In this document: piece by piece, positions 9,399 to 19,127 of the stretch
Numbering within the stretch: the stretch's first letter is position 1
How the letters are laid out: every line of letters starts with the position of its first letter
Assembly: GCA_945860585.1 (NCBI GenBank)
Contig: CAMARA010000002.1
Location: forward strand, 10,643 to 74,642
Direction of reading: 5' to 3'
DNA: 64,000 nucleotides
Source of the DNA: Francisella tularensis subsp. holarctica
GTDB taxonomy: Bacteria > Pseudomonadota > Gammaproteobacteria > Francisellales > CACEW01
Notes under the pieces: generated by a model
What the model was told of the DNA's origin: nothing
Databases searched by the model: none
Seen by the model: the letters and a program-made list of their open reading frames with translations, nothing else
Made by a program: the position numbers and the translations under genes

Positions 9399-10687
9399 TT
9401 TAATTCGCCCAGCAAAGTATGCGCAATGCTGCGAATCATACTGCCGGTGGCGCCGCCTGCCCACATACTATTGGCGCTGACGTGAAAGACATTGGAGAGA
9501 TCATAGTGTAGCCATTTTTGCTGCGGGACGACAAAGCGGCTGAGGAATCCAGCGGCCACGGAGGCACCTGCGGGCATGGGGGTGGTGTAGGCATTGACGG
9601 TATCGGCAATGAGGGAGGGGGTCAGGTCTTGATGCCAGGTTTCCAGCGGGAGGGGCCAGAGATTTTCGTGAACCTGTTCGGCTTGATTCAAGGCGCGGTT
9701 GCGCAAGGCTGCATCCATGCAAAAGACGGAGCAAAAATCCGTGCCGACGGCGATTTGGGAGGCGCCCGTTAAGGTGGCTGCATCGATGATGAAAGCGGGT
9801 TTGCTTTCCTGGGCTTTGATGAAGCCATCGGCTAACACCAGGCGGCCTTCTGCATCGGTATTGATGACTTCTACACTGACACCGTTTTTATAGCGGAGAA
9901 TATCCCCGGGGCGATAGGCGTGGCTGCTGATCATGTTTTCAGCGCAGCACAAAATGAGTTCCACAGGCTGATTGAGGCCTTCTGCAAAAGCCAGAGCCAG
10001 CGCTGCGGTTACCGTAGCTGCGCCGCCCATATCGCATTTCATCCAGGTGAGGCCCTCGGTTTTGCCTTTGAGCACATAGCCGCCGCTATCGAAGGTAATG
10101 CCTTTGCCGATTAAAGCCGCTTTGATTGGTTGGGTTACCTGATCTTTGGGATAGACTTTGATCGAAAGTAAGACGGGTGGGTTTTGACTGCCACGCCCCA
10201 CATTGTAGCAGCCGACAAAGCCGTGATGATTGAGTTCTTCGCCTGTCAAATACTGCGTTTCGATCTGATAACGATCCTCTGCCGCCTGGCGAATAAACAT
10301 CTCCGCCGCGTGGGCCAGTTTGAGCGGGGTGCATTCATCCGGGCCCAAATTGATCTGATGTTTTGCCCATTCACTGACTTTGATCCATTCCTTGAGTTGT
10401 TTTTTCTCGGCAGCAGGCAGCGAGGCAAAATGAATCTGTCCGGCATGGAGCGGGCGTGTATAACCCTGATAAAAAGCCCATTGTTCTTCTAAGGTCCAGT
10501 CGCCGCTGAGCGTCACTTCACTTAAACCCATCTGATCGCATTGACGGCCAGCCTTTTGTAGTTCGCGCCAATAATATGCATGATCTGCGGGAATTTCGAC
10601 GCAAAAATGATCCGCATGAAAGCTGATGAGATGACTTTTTTTAAGGTCTGCATACTCAGAGCGGGAACGGGTGAGTTTAATTTTCAT
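9395..10687 (-). CDS. pepB: Peptidase B (M17 leucyl aminopeptidase family)
   Basis: NTDAEGRLVLADG M17 signature and the GKGITFDSGGY motif. By recall it is collinear with E. coli PepB. Confidence 0.85.
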   Translation of the reverse strand: MKIKLTRSRSEYADLKKSHLISFHADHFCVEIPADHAYYWRELQKAGRQCDQMGLSEVTLSGDWTLEEQWAFYQGYTRPLHAGQIHFASLPAAEKKQLKEWIKVSEWAKHQINLGPDECTPLKLAHAAEMFIRQAAEDRYQIETQYLTGEELNHHGFVGCYNVGRGSQNPPVLLSIKVYPKDQVTQPIKAALIGKGITFDSGGYVLKGKTEGLTWMKCDMGGAATVTAALALAFAEGLNQPVELILCCAENMISSHAYRPGDILRYKNGVSVEVINTDAEGRLVLADGFIKAQESKPAFIIDAATLTGASQIAVGTDFCSVFCMDAALRNRALNQAEQVHENLWPLPLETWHQDLTPSLIADTVNAYTTPMPAGASVAAGFLSRFVVPQQKWLHYDLSNVFHVSANSMWAGGATGSMIRSIAHTLLGELK

Positions 10688-10689
10688 GG

Positions 10690-11649
10690 CTAGAGGCCTC
10701 CTTGTAATAAATCGTGAATGTGAATAATGCCGCAGACTTTACGTTGTCCATCGAGGACCACCAGCGACGTGATTTTATAGGTTTCCATGATATCAAAAGC
10801 TTTGCTGGCTAGGTCTTCGGCGGCCACAAATTTAGGCGTTGAATTCATCAGCTGAATGATGGGCGTATCCATGCTGTGGTCTTTTTTTTGCAAAGCGCGT
10901 CGCACATCGCCATCGGTAAAAATGCCTAGTAAAATATGATCTTCTTTGCTGACGGTGGTAACGCCTAGACGCTTGCTGGTCATTTCAATGAGGGCATCGG
11001 AAAAAGATGCTCCCGGCCCGACGCGGGGGATATCAGCCTCTTGATGCATAAAATCAGACACTTTGAGTAATAAGCGTTTGCCGAGATTGCCGCCTGGATG
11101 GGACAAGGCAAATTGTTCTTTGGTAAAACCGCGCGCTTCAAGCAGGGCAATGGCGAGGGCATCGCCCATCACCAAAGTCGCGGTCGTACTGGCAGTGGGC
11201 GCCAGGCCCAGCGGGCAGGCTTCCTGATCAACCCCAATACACAAGGAGATGTCAGCCAGGCGTGCGAGCGGTGATTTGAGGTCTCCGGTCATGCTGATGA
11301 GTTTAGCGCCCATGTTTTTGATAGAAGGCGCGAGGCTCAGCAGTTCGGTGGTCTTGCCGGAATACGAGATAGCCAGAATGACATCCTGCGGGGTCACCAT
11401 GCCAAGATCGCCATGCATGGCTTCGGTCGGATGCACTGAAAAAGCAGGGGAGCCGGTGCTGGCTAAAGTGGCGGCGATTTTGCTGCCGACATGACCGGAT
11501 TTGCCGAGTCCGATTACCACTATGCGCCCTGTGCAGGCCAGCATCAGCGCACAGGCCTGGCTGAATTCCGGCCCGATATGTTCAAGCTGTTTCAATACGC
11601 CGGCGCTTTCAATTTTAATAACTGCTTGCGCAATGGTCCGAAAGTCCAT
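10690..11649 (-). CDS. kdsD: Arabinose-5-phosphate isomerase (KpsF/GutQ family)
   Basis: A SIS domain (GLGKSGHVG) followed by two CBS domains. It is divergent from mlaF, as in E. coli. Confidence 0.85.
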   Translation of the reverse strand: MDFRTIAQAVIKIESAGVLKQLEHIGPEFSQACALMLACTGRIVVIGLGKSGHVGSKIAATLASTGSPAFSVHPTEAMHGDLGMVTPQDVILAISYSGKTTELLSLAPSIKNMGAKLISMTGDLKSPLARLADISLCIGVDQEACPLGLAPTASTTATLVMGDALAIALLEARGFTKEQFALSHPGGNLGKRLLLKVSDFMHQEADIPRVGPGASFSDALIEMTSKRLGVTTVSKEDHILLGIFTDGDVRRALQKKDHSMDTPIIQLMNSTPKFVAAEDLASKAFDIMETYKITSLVVLDGQRKVCGIIHIHDLLQGGL

Positions 11650-11705
11650 AAAATGTGAGTCTTCAAAGATTGGTTTTGTGGATATCTTAGCATAGCGGAG
11701 TTCTT

Positions 11706-12524
11706 GTGGAAGTCAACCCTTTTGTAGCGGAATTGGATAAAGTAAGCTTTGAGCGCGGCGAGCGGATGATCTTTAAAAATCTGAATATGCAGATTAAAAA
11801 AGGTCAGATCACAGCGATTATGGGCCCGAGCGGTACCGGCAAGACCACGCTTTTACATTTGTTGGGCGGATTGTTGCTGCCGAGTCGCGGCCAGGTGCAG
11901 GTGCTGGGCCGGGATACCCGCAAGTTTAAAGGGCAGGATTGGCTGCAGGCGCGTAAACGCATGGGAATGCTGTTTCAAAGCGGGGCGTTGTTTAATGATC
12001 TCAGCGTGTTTGATAATGTCGCATTTGCCTTGCGTGAGCATACCCATCTACCGGAAGCGGTGATTGCCGATATCGTGAAAATGAAATTAGAAGCAGTGGG
12101 CTTGCGTGGCTCGGAATCCTTGATGCCGGCGGAATTATCCGGAGGCATGGGCCGACGTATTGCGCTGGCCCGGGCGATGAGTCTGGATCCGGAAATGATG
12201 CTGTATGATGAGCCCTTTGCGGGGCAGGATCCCATTTCCATGGGTGTCCTGTTGAAGTTGATTCGCACCTTAAATGATAGCTGCGGCTTGACGTCGATTC
12301 TGGTGTCCCACGATGTGCATGAAGTGCTGGAGATTGCGGATCAGATCTTTATTATTTCGGGTGGAAAGGTAATTGGTCAGGGTTCTCCGGCAGAGATCCG
12401 TAAAGATGCCTCCGCCCTGGTCAAACAGTTTATTGCCGGCGAGCCGGATGGGCCCGTGGCGTTTCGTTATCCAGCGGCGCTGTCTGTACAAGATGATTTT
12501 TTAGGAGGCGCAGATGCTCGATAA
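11706..12524 (+). CDS. mlaF: Phospholipid ABC transporter ATP-binding protein
   Basis: GTG start, Walker A GPSGTGKTT and signature LSGGMGRRIALARA. It is the first gene of the mlaFEDCB order. Confidence 0.9.
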   Translation: MEVNPFVAELDKVSFERGERMIFKNLNMQIKKGQITAIMGPSGTGKTTLLHLLGGLLLPSRGQVQVLGRDTRKFKGQDWLQARKRMGMLFQSGALFNDLSVFDNVAFALREHTHLPEAVIADIVKMKLEAVGLRGSESLMPAELSGGMGRRIALARAMSLDPEMMLYDEPFAGQDPISMGVLLKLIRTLNDSCGLTSILVSHDVHEVLEIADQIFIISGGKVIGQGSPAEIRKDASALVKQFIAGEPDGPVAFRYPAALSVQDDFLGGADAR

Positions 12525-13278
12525 AATAGCGGCGCTGGGGCGCATAGGGCTGAATTTTTTTGAAGATTTGGGGCGCACGGGCGTATTTTTGCTGAAAACC
12601 ATCGGCGGCCCGATTCGCTGTCAGGATCTAGTCAAACAACTGTATATGGTCGGCGTATTGTCTCTGGCGATTATCATTGTCTCCGGCGGATTTATTGGCT
12701 TTGTTTTGGGGCTGCAAGGGTTTTATACTTTATCGCGCTTTAGTGCCGAAAGTGCCTTGGGGCAATTGATTTCCCTCAGTATTGTGCGTGAACTGGGGCC
12801 GGTGGTAACGGCACTGCTGTTTGCGGGACGGGCGGGAAGTGCGCTGACTTCTGAGATTGGCTTGATGAAAGCGACGGAACAACTTTCAGCTTTGGAAATG
12901 ATGGGTGTGGACCCGATCCGGCGGATTATTGCGCCACGGTTTTGGGCGGGTCAAATCAGTATGCCGATCCTGATGTTGATTTTCAGTATGGTGGCGATTC
13001 TGGGCGGCTATTGGGTGGGCGTATCCTGGCTGGGCGTGGATGGCGGTTCCTTCTGGAATAATATGCAATCTTCAGTCGAGTTTCGAGCGGATATTTTAAA
13101 TGGTATAATCAAAAGCGTGGTCTTTGGTTTTGTGGTGACCTGGATTGCGGTGTATCAAGGCTTTACCTGTCTGCCTACCTCTGAGGGGATTGCTAAAGCC
13201 ACCACGCGTACGGTAGTCTATGGTTCGCTCGCGATTTTGGGGCTGGACTTTTTACTCACGGCGATTATGTTTAATTAA
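12514..13278 (+). CDS. mlaE: Phospholipid ABC transporter permease
   Basis: MlaE/YrbE family sequence (RELGPVVTALLFAGRAGSALTSEIG). Confidence 0.9.
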   Translation: MLDKIAALGRIGLNFFEDLGRTGVFLLKTIGGPIRCQDLVKQLYMVGVLSLAIIIVSGGFIGFVLGLQGFYTLSRFSAESALGQLISLSIVRELGPVVTALLFAGRAGSALTSEIGLMKATEQLSALEMMGVDPIRRIIAPRFWAGQISMPILMLIFSMVAILGGYWVGVSWLGVDGGSFWNNMQSSVEFRADILNGIIKSVVFGFVVTWIAVYQGFTCLPTSEGIAKATTRTVVYGSLAILGLDFLLTAIMFN

Positions 13279-13285
13279 AGGATCA

Positions 13286-13747
13286 ATGATGCAGAAGAAG
13301 ACAATTGAAATTTGGGTAGGCGTGCTGATGCTGCTTGCGATTCTCGCCTTTGTGTTTATGTCGCTCAAAGTCAGCGGCCTCAATACTACCGATTTGAGTG
13401 GGCATAGCTATGATGTCACCGCCAACTTTACCGATGTGGGCGGCTTGAAAGCGCGCAGTGCCGTGCGTATTGCCGGCGTGCAGGTGGGCACGGTTCAAAG
13501 TGTGACGCTGAATCCGCAAACTTACGAGGCCCATGCCGTGCTGAGCTTGCAAAAAGGGATCAATATCCCGCAGGATAGCAGTGCCAGCATTACTTCGTCA
13601 GGCATTCTCGGTGATAATTATATCAGCATTACCCCTGGTTTTGCGCCACAGAATCTAGCCAGCGGCGGTCAGATTATGACGACCTATGCGGCGACGAGTT
13701 TAACCTCTTTAATTTCAACCTTTATGAGCGGAGCTAAAAAATCATGA
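13286..13747 (+). CDS. mlaD: MCE-domain substrate-binding protein
   Basis: An N-terminal TM segment plus an MCE domain (GLKARSAVRIAGVQVGTV). AAAGGA precedes the ATG at 13286. Confidence 0.9.
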   Translation: MMQKKTIEIWVGVLMLLAILAFVFMSLKVSGLNTTDLSGHSYDVTANFTDVGGLKARSAVRIAGVQVGTVQSVTLNPQTYEAHAVLSLQKGINIPQDSSASITSSGILGDNYISITPGFAPQNLASGGQIMTTYAATSLTSLISTFMSGAKKS

Positions 13748-14367
13748 TACACAAAAAAATGTTCAATTTTATCCTGTCTGGGTTTCTCAGTTGTGTTTTT
13801 TTGGCCGCGCAGGCAGATGATGCGGTGGTGAATCCGGTTGATCTGATTCAGACTACCGTGACCTCACTGCAAACCCAGATCAAAGGGGCTGGGCCAAGTC
13901 TTGCCCAGAATCCCCAAAAATTATATGGCATTATCAAACAGACCGTAATGCCGATTGTGAATATCAATCAAATGGCGGGACTGGCGCTGGGGCCGAAATG
14001 GCGTCAGGCCACGCCGGCGCAACAGCAGCAGTTTGTGGATGATTTCGGTCTCTTGTTGACGCGTGCATATGCCAATGCCTTGATCACCGTGACCGATTAC
14101 AAACTCACTTTAAACCCGATGCGCGGTACGGGCTGGCAGACGCAGCAATATGTGGCCGTGACAGGACAGGTGACCTCTTTGACTGCGAGTCAAAGTTCAA
14201 ACTTGACGTATTATCTCGAGCGTTCTGGCAATACCTGGCAGATTTATGATCTCGCGATTGAAGGGGTGAGCTTTTTGAAAAATTATCAAACCCAATTTGC
14301 TGCCATGCCCGATATGCCAACCCTGCTGTCTAAATTGCAGACTTTAAATGCGGGTGCAACGCAATAA
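13744..14367 (+). CDS. mlaC: Periplasmic phospholipid-binding protein (Ttg2D/MlaC)
   Basis: Signal peptide and MlaC-like sequence, in the expected operon position. Confidence 0.85.
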   Translation: MIHKKMFNFILSGFLSCVFLAAQADDAVVNPVDLIQTTVTSLQTQIKGAGPSLAQNPQKLYGIIKQTVMPIVNINQMAGLALGPKWRQATPAQQQQFVDDFGLLLTRAYANALITVTDYKLTLNPMRGTGWQTQQYVAVTGQVTSLTASQSSNLTYYLERSGNTWQIYDLAIEGVSFLKNYQTQFAAMPDMPTLLSKLQTLNAGATQ

Positions 14368-14684
14368 TGGCGATTCAAAATTTTGGAGACAAAATAGAGT
14401 ATCAAGATGATTGCTGGATTTTGCCGGTGAGTTTAACCCATGATCTTCTGGGGCAGGAGTGGCAGGCGCTGTGTAATAAAATGCCGCGCTCTGGTTCCTG
14501 GCATTTAGATGCACAGCGCCTGCAGGAGATTGACTCTTCCACGTTGTCTTTTCTATTGGAATGCCTGCGCAGTGCGAAACGGCATGCTGTCGATTTAAAA
14601 ATCAGCGCCCTGAGTCAAAAAATCAAAGCATTACTGGGTGTGTATGGCGTAGCGCATTTATTTGAAAAAATTATTAAGGATTAG
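14367..14684 (+). CDS. mlaB: STAS-domain protein MlaB
   Basis: A 105-aa STAS-like ORF immediately after mlaC. Confidence 0.75.
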   Translation: MAIQNFGDKIEYQDDCWILPVSLTHDLLGQEWQALCNKMPRSGSWHLDAQRLQEIDSSTLSFLLECLRSAKRHAVDLKISALSQKIKALLGVYGVAHLFEKIIKD

Positions 14685-14685
14685 T

Positions 14686-14940
14686 ATGGAATTAAAGGAA
14701 GTGGAAGCGCAGCTGCAAGCCAATCTCCAGGCGCAGCATGTGCAGTTAAGTACGCGGGATACCGTGCATTTTGAGGCCGTGATTGTGGCGAATGTATTTG
14801 AGGGGCTCTCGCGCGTGCGCCGTCAACAAGCGGTGTATGAAACCCTGGGGCCGTTGATTCAATCAGGCGAAATGCATGCAATTGCATTAAAATTATATAC
14901 GGTGTCTGAGTGGGAAAAAAAGGATTCACAACATGTCTGA
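14686..14940 (+). CDS. ibaG: BolA-family protein IbaG (YrbA)
   Basis: BolA-like sequence (F.A.IVS..FEG.S.V.RHQ.VY..L). It lies between mlaB and murA, as in E. coli. Confidence 0.8.
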   Translation: MELKEVEAQLQANLQAQHVQLSTRDTVHFEAVIVANVFEGLSRVRRQQAVYETLGPLIQSGEMHAIALKLYTVSEWEKKDSQHV

Positions 14941-16201
14941 TTGTTTAATTATTCACGGTGGTCGGCCACTTATTGGCTCGGTCAACATTGCGGGCGCGAA
15001 AAATGCCGCTTTAAAAATTCTGGCAGCCAGCCTGTTGACTGCAGAGCCGATGATGATCGGTAATCTGCCGCATCTCCAGGACATTACCATTATGCTGGAA
15101 TTGTTAGGAGAGTTGGGCTGTAAAATTACGATTTTAGATCAGATGCAGGTGCGCATTGAAAGCAGTCATGTCAATAATGTGACCGTTCCCTATGATCTCA
15201 TTAAAGCCATGCGCGCTTCGATTGTGGTCTTAGGGCCTTTATTAGCGCGGTATGGGGAGGCAAAAGTGGCGTTCCCCGGTGGCTGTGCGATTGGCCTGCG
15301 TCCGATTGATATGCATCTGGATGGTCTGCGTGCGCTGGGGGCAGAGATTGAGATTGCCGATGGATTTATTCATGCGCGGGTGCCGGGCGGCCGTTTAAAA
15401 GGCGCACATATTCACATGCACACTGTCTCTGTCACCGGCACTGAAAATTTGCTGATGGCGGCTACCCTGGCAGAAGGGGCAACAGTCATTCACAATGCAG
15501 CCTGTGAGCCGGAAGTCTGCGACTTGATTAAAATGCTGGTGGAAATGGGCGCGCAGATTGAAGGCGGCGGCACGCCAACCCTGACGATTCATGGTGTAAA
15601 AGAACTGCATGGCGCCGAATATCAAGTGATGCCGGATCGGATTGAGGCCGGGACCTATTTGGTTGCCGCCGCAATGACCCGGGGTTGTGTCACGGTTGAG
15701 AATGTTGATGTGACGAGTATGAGCAATATTTTGCTGAAATTATCGAAGGCCGGTGCCAAGCTCACAGAAAAGCAAAACTCAGTCACCTTGGATATGCAGG
15801 GGCGGGAATTGAAATCGATCAATATCAAAACCGCACCCTATCCAGGCTTTCCCACTGATATGCAGGCGCAGTTTATGGCTATGAATACCATTGCCAGTGG
15901 CATGTCTGAAATTGTGGAAACGATCTGGGAAAACCGGTTTATGCATGTGCCCGAGTTGCAACGCTTGGGTGCGAATATTCGAATCAAGGGCAACAAAGCG
16001 ATCTGTATCGGTGTAGAACAATTGCACGGCGCGCCGGTGATGGCAAGTGATCTGCGCGCCTCAGCCAGCTTAGTTTTGGCGGGTTTGGCAGCGGATGGCG
16101 AAACCATCATTGAAGGCTTGCATCATATGGATCGTGGCTATGAGTATTTAGAAGAAAAATTCTCGCGCTTAGGCGCCGATATCTACCGTAAGTGTGGTTA
16201 G
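14933..16201 (+). CDS. murA: UDP-N-acetylglucosamine 1-carboxyvinyltransferase
   Basis: A 422-aa ORF with typical MurA sequence, including the active-site region GGCAIG.RPID.H. Confidence 0.95.
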   Translation: MSDCLIIHGGRPLIGSVNIAGAKNAALKILAASLLTAEPMMIGNLPHLQDITIMLELLGELGCKITILDQMQVRIESSHVNNVTVPYDLIKAMRASIVVLGPLLARYGEAKVAFPGGCAIGLRPIDMHLDGLRALGAEIEIADGFIHARVPGGRLKGAHIHMHTVSVTGTENLLMAATLAEGATVIHNAACEPEVCDLIKMLVEMGAQIEGGGTPTLTIHGVKELHGAEYQVMPDRIEAGTYLVAAAMTRGCVTVENVDVTSMSNILLKLSKAGAKLTEKQNSVTLDMQGRELKSINIKTAPYPGFPTDMQAQFMAMNTIASGMSEIVETIWENRFMHVPELQRLGANIRIKGNKAICIGVEQLHGAPVMASDLRASASLVLAGLAADGETIIEGLHHMDRGYEYLEEKFSRLGADIYRKCG

Positions 16202-16205
16202 TCGG

Positions 16206-17639
16206 ATGCATTTAGCGGCGGTTGAAGCAGTCTTACTCAGTGAAAATGGTCTCAAACGTGCAGACCTAGAGGGCGCATTGCAGCAGCTCTTCCAGCATCG
16301 TTTAGATTTCGCAGACGTCTATCTCCAATTTGAATCCAGTGAAGTTTGGTCGATGGAAGAGAGTATTGTCAAAGAAGGTTCTTTCTCGATTGCCAAAGGT
16401 TTGGGGGTGCGTGCGATTCATGGCGACAAAACCGGTTTTGCCTATGCGGATCAGATTTCTGCCGAGGCCTTAAAAAGCTGTGCCCTGACGGCGCGGAACA
16501 TTGTGTCGCAAGGGCAGTCTGGACGGGTCCATGTTTTGCAGCCGGGAGATTTTTTGGCCCTGTATCCCGCCCATAATCCGATTCATGAAAAAAGTCATCT
16601 CGATAAAGTCGATTTTTTACGCGCGGTCGATGCCTACACGCGCAGTTTGGATCCCCGTGTGATTCAAGTGATGGCGAGTTTATCCGCGCATTATGAACTG
16701 ATTTTGATTGCGGCGAGTGATGGCACCTATGCGGCGGATATTCGTCCTTTGGTGCGCTTAAATGTGTCAGTCGTCATGGAGGATGAGGGCAAGCGTGAGC
16801 AGGGTTATTCAGGCGGCGGCGGGCGTAAAAGTTATGCCGACTTATGTGAAGATCAGACCTGGCAGCATTATGCGCAGGAAGCTGTGCGCATTGCCGGAGT
16901 GAATCTGCGTGCGGATGCAGCGCCTGCCGGTGTGTTTGATGTGGTGTTAGGGGCAGGTTGGCCCGGCGTACTATTGCATGAAGCTGTCGGCCATGGTTTG
17001 GAAGGGGACTTTAATCGCAAAGGCAGTTCTGCGTTTTCAGGAAAAATGGGCGATCAAGTGGCCTCACCGCTGTGTACTGTCGTGGATGATGGCACCTTAA
17101 TGGGCCGGCGTGGCTCCCTCAGTATGGACGATGAGGGCATGCCCACTCAGCAAACTGTATTGATCGAGAAGGGGCGGCTCTGCGGCTACCTCTTTGACAA
17201 ATTAAATGCCGGCCTGATGAAGCAAAAAACCACCGGCAATGGCCGGCGCGAGTCCTATTCCCATCTGCCAATGCCCAGAATGACCAATACCTATATGTTG
17301 CCCGGCCCCCATATCAAAGAAGATATTATTGCCTCGCTGGAAAATGGCCTGTATGCCGTGAATTTTAATGGCGGTCAGGTGGACATCACTTCCGGCAAAT
17401 TTGTGTTTGTCACCAGTGAAGCCTATTGGGTCAAGCAAGGCAAAATCGTCAAACCCGTGAAAGGCGTGACCTTGATCGGGGATGGCCCCAGCGCCTTGAC
17501 CCGCATCAGCATGGTCGGCAACGATTTAGAGCTAGATCTTGGCATCGGCATCTGCGGCAAAGAGGGTCAAAGCGTCCCCGTCGGCGTTGGTCAGCCCACT
17601 CTGAGAATTAATGGCCTTACCGTAGGTGGTGCCGCTTAA
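16206..17639 (+). CDS. tldD: Metalloprotease TldD
   Basis: HEAVGHGLE motif and PmbA/TldD fold length. A GTG at 16194 is an alternative start. Confidence 0.9.
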   Translation: MHLAAVEAVLLSENGLKRADLEGALQQLFQHRLDFADVYLQFESSEVWSMEESIVKEGSFSIAKGLGVRAIHGDKTGFAYADQISAEALKSCALTARNIVSQGQSGRVHVLQPGDFLALYPAHNPIHEKSHLDKVDFLRAVDAYTRSLDPRVIQVMASLSAHYELILIAASDGTYAADIRPLVRLNVSVVMEDEGKREQGYSGGGGRKSYADLCEDQTWQHYAQEAVRIAGVNLRADAAPAGVFDVVLGAGWPGVLLHEAVGHGLEGDFNRKGSSAFSGKMGDQVASPLCTVVDDGTLMGRRGSLSMDDEGMPTQQTVLIEKGRLCGYLFDKLNAGLMKQKTTGNGRRESYSHLPMPRMTNTYMLPGPHIKEDIIASLENGLYAVNFNGGQVDITSGKFVFVTSEAYWVKQGKIVKPVKGVTLIGDGPSALTRISMVGNDLELDLGIGICGKEGQSVPVGVGQPTLRINGLTVGGAA

Positions 17640-17692
17640 TTGACATTTTTTTCTATTTGTGACAGACTAATAAAAAAATGGCGGAGAAAGCA

Positions 17693-17932
17693 ATGCTTGC
17701 ATCAAAAGTGAAGCTGGGTCAAGGTGGAAGAGTGTTGGTCCCTGCAGATATGCGGAGGGCCTTGGGCATGCATGTCGGAGATGAGCTTTGTATAAAGGTT
17801 GAAAATCAGGAAATTAGAATCTTTAATCTGCAACATGCTGTGAGTGAAGCCCAAAATTTGATGGCGAAGTATAATCCGCAAAAAGCCTCCCTCAGTGAGG
17901 AAATTATCCAGGATCGACGCAATGAAGCTTAA
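17693..17932 (+). CDS. vapB: AbrB/MazE-type antitoxin (VapB-like)
   Basis: KLGQGGRVLVPADMRRALGMHVGDEL is a SpoVT/AbrB motif. GGAGAA precedes the ATG at 17693 (alternative ATG at 17678). It overlaps the PIN gene. Confidence 0.75.
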   Translation: MLASKVKLGQGGRVLVPADMRRALGMHVGDELCIKVENQEIRIFNLQHAVSEAQNLMAKYNPQKASLSEEIIQDRRNEA

Positions 17933-18323
17933 TGGAGACATCACGTCTGTTTTGGATGCATCCGCATTGATGGCGCTCGTTAATAATGAGTCTGGTGCTG
18001 AAATGGTGGAAGCATATTTGGCCAAAGCCTGCATGTCCACCCTGAATTTTACAGAAGTGCTGAGCAAGATGGTTGAGCGCGGTGTGGCTGCAATCGAGGC
18101 GAAGCGTGCCTTGGATCATTTTAATCTCGAGTTGATTCCCTTTGAGCAATCCCAAATTTTAGGAGTGAGTTTGCTCAGGCTTGAAACAAAGCAGTATGGT
18201 CTTTCTCTGGGTGATCGTGTTTGCCTTAATTTGGGCAAAATGTTGAAATTACCCGTTTTAACCAGTGATCAAGCATGGCAAAAAATTGCTGATCCTGGTA
18301 TCAGTGTCTTGTTGATTCGCTAG
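17922..18323 (+). CDS. vapC: PIN-domain toxin (VapC-like)
   Basis: VLDASALMAL N-terminal acidic motif, plus later D residues (SLGDRVCL, TSDQAW) typical of PIN. Confidence 0.75.
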   Translation: MKLNGDITSVLDASALMALVNNESGAEMVEAYLAKACMSTLNFTEVLSKMVERGVAAIEAKRALDHFNLELIPFEQSQILGVSLLRLETKQYGLSLGDRVCLNLGKMLKLPVLTSDQAWQKIADPGISVLLIR

Positions 18324-18449
18324 AGGTATTTTTGGCATCGCGTGCCCAGAAAAATAGCGCTTTGGCGAGAAAAGGTCCTGGGTAAGCAAGTAGTTTTTCA
18401 GCCACAGTTTGGCTAAATTTCAGGGTAAATTTTTTCTTCGTGATAGGTA

Positions 18450-18935
18450 TTAGAAGTATGGATACCCGCTGCCACCACCGCCATCACTCAAACCAACTGC
18501 TGGATGTGCGGTAGAGGCTTGAATAGCTGCATTATGCGAATCTATAAAAACACTTTTCAAATTTTCAAACGAAGGGCCATGTTCTAAGCTATGGGGTTCT
18601 TCTTTGAATCTGACAGGCTGTATAGAGCCTTTGGCAGCCCATAGTGAGCTGAAAAATGTCTGAACCTCAATGAATTTAGGGGCCAAGGTCACTTTATAGT
18701 TAGAATCTGGTGGAGTGGGGGGCGCAGATACTTTGAGTACTTGAGCTGACATAAACCTTCGAAGCACATCATGTTCCGTGATGCTTAGCTCTCGGCTTGG
18801 GAGTTTGAGTAATAAGATAAGTCCATTAATAATTGTGGTTATTGAAATGCCCTTTGGATCAGTGCATCTTATGTTTATGCAATATTGTTGGAGTGGTGCG
18901 CTGTGAAGCATATATTTTATATAATTGATTGGCAT
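18450..18935 (-). CDS. AT-rich orphan ORF (161 aa), coding status uncertain
   Basis: Open frame in an AT-rich islet with no clear Shine-Dalgarno and no recognisable family. The C-terminus is GGGGSGYPYF. Confidence 0.35.
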   Translation of the reverse strand: MPINYIKYMLHSAPLQQYCINIRCTDPKGISITTIINGLILLLKLPSRELSITEHDVLRRFMSAQVLKVSAPPTPPDSNYKVTLAPKFIEVQTFFSSLWAAKGSIQPVRFKEEPHSLEHGPSFENLKSVFIDSHNAAIQASTAHPAVGLSDGGGGSGYPYF

Positions 18936-19066
18936 TGATTTTAATTTTACTTTGTTGTTTTAGAAATAGCAGGCGCCTTAAAAATAATAGTTTAAGCTCT
19001 CCTGGCAAGTATGTTAAAAAATGACACTTTTTTCTGTTTTAATCACTCCTTTTTGTAATTCGTTTC

Positions 19067-19095
19067 TTGACAGTCATGGCATTCTCGCTTTTAAT
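19067..19095 (+). promoter_or_regulatory. Sigma70-like promoter of the MFS gene
   Basis: TTGACA (19067-19072), 17-nt spacer, TTTAAT (19090-19095). Confidence 0.5.
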
Positions 19096-19127
19096 GAATG
19101 AGACTTCAATTCAGAATAGGAGACAGC

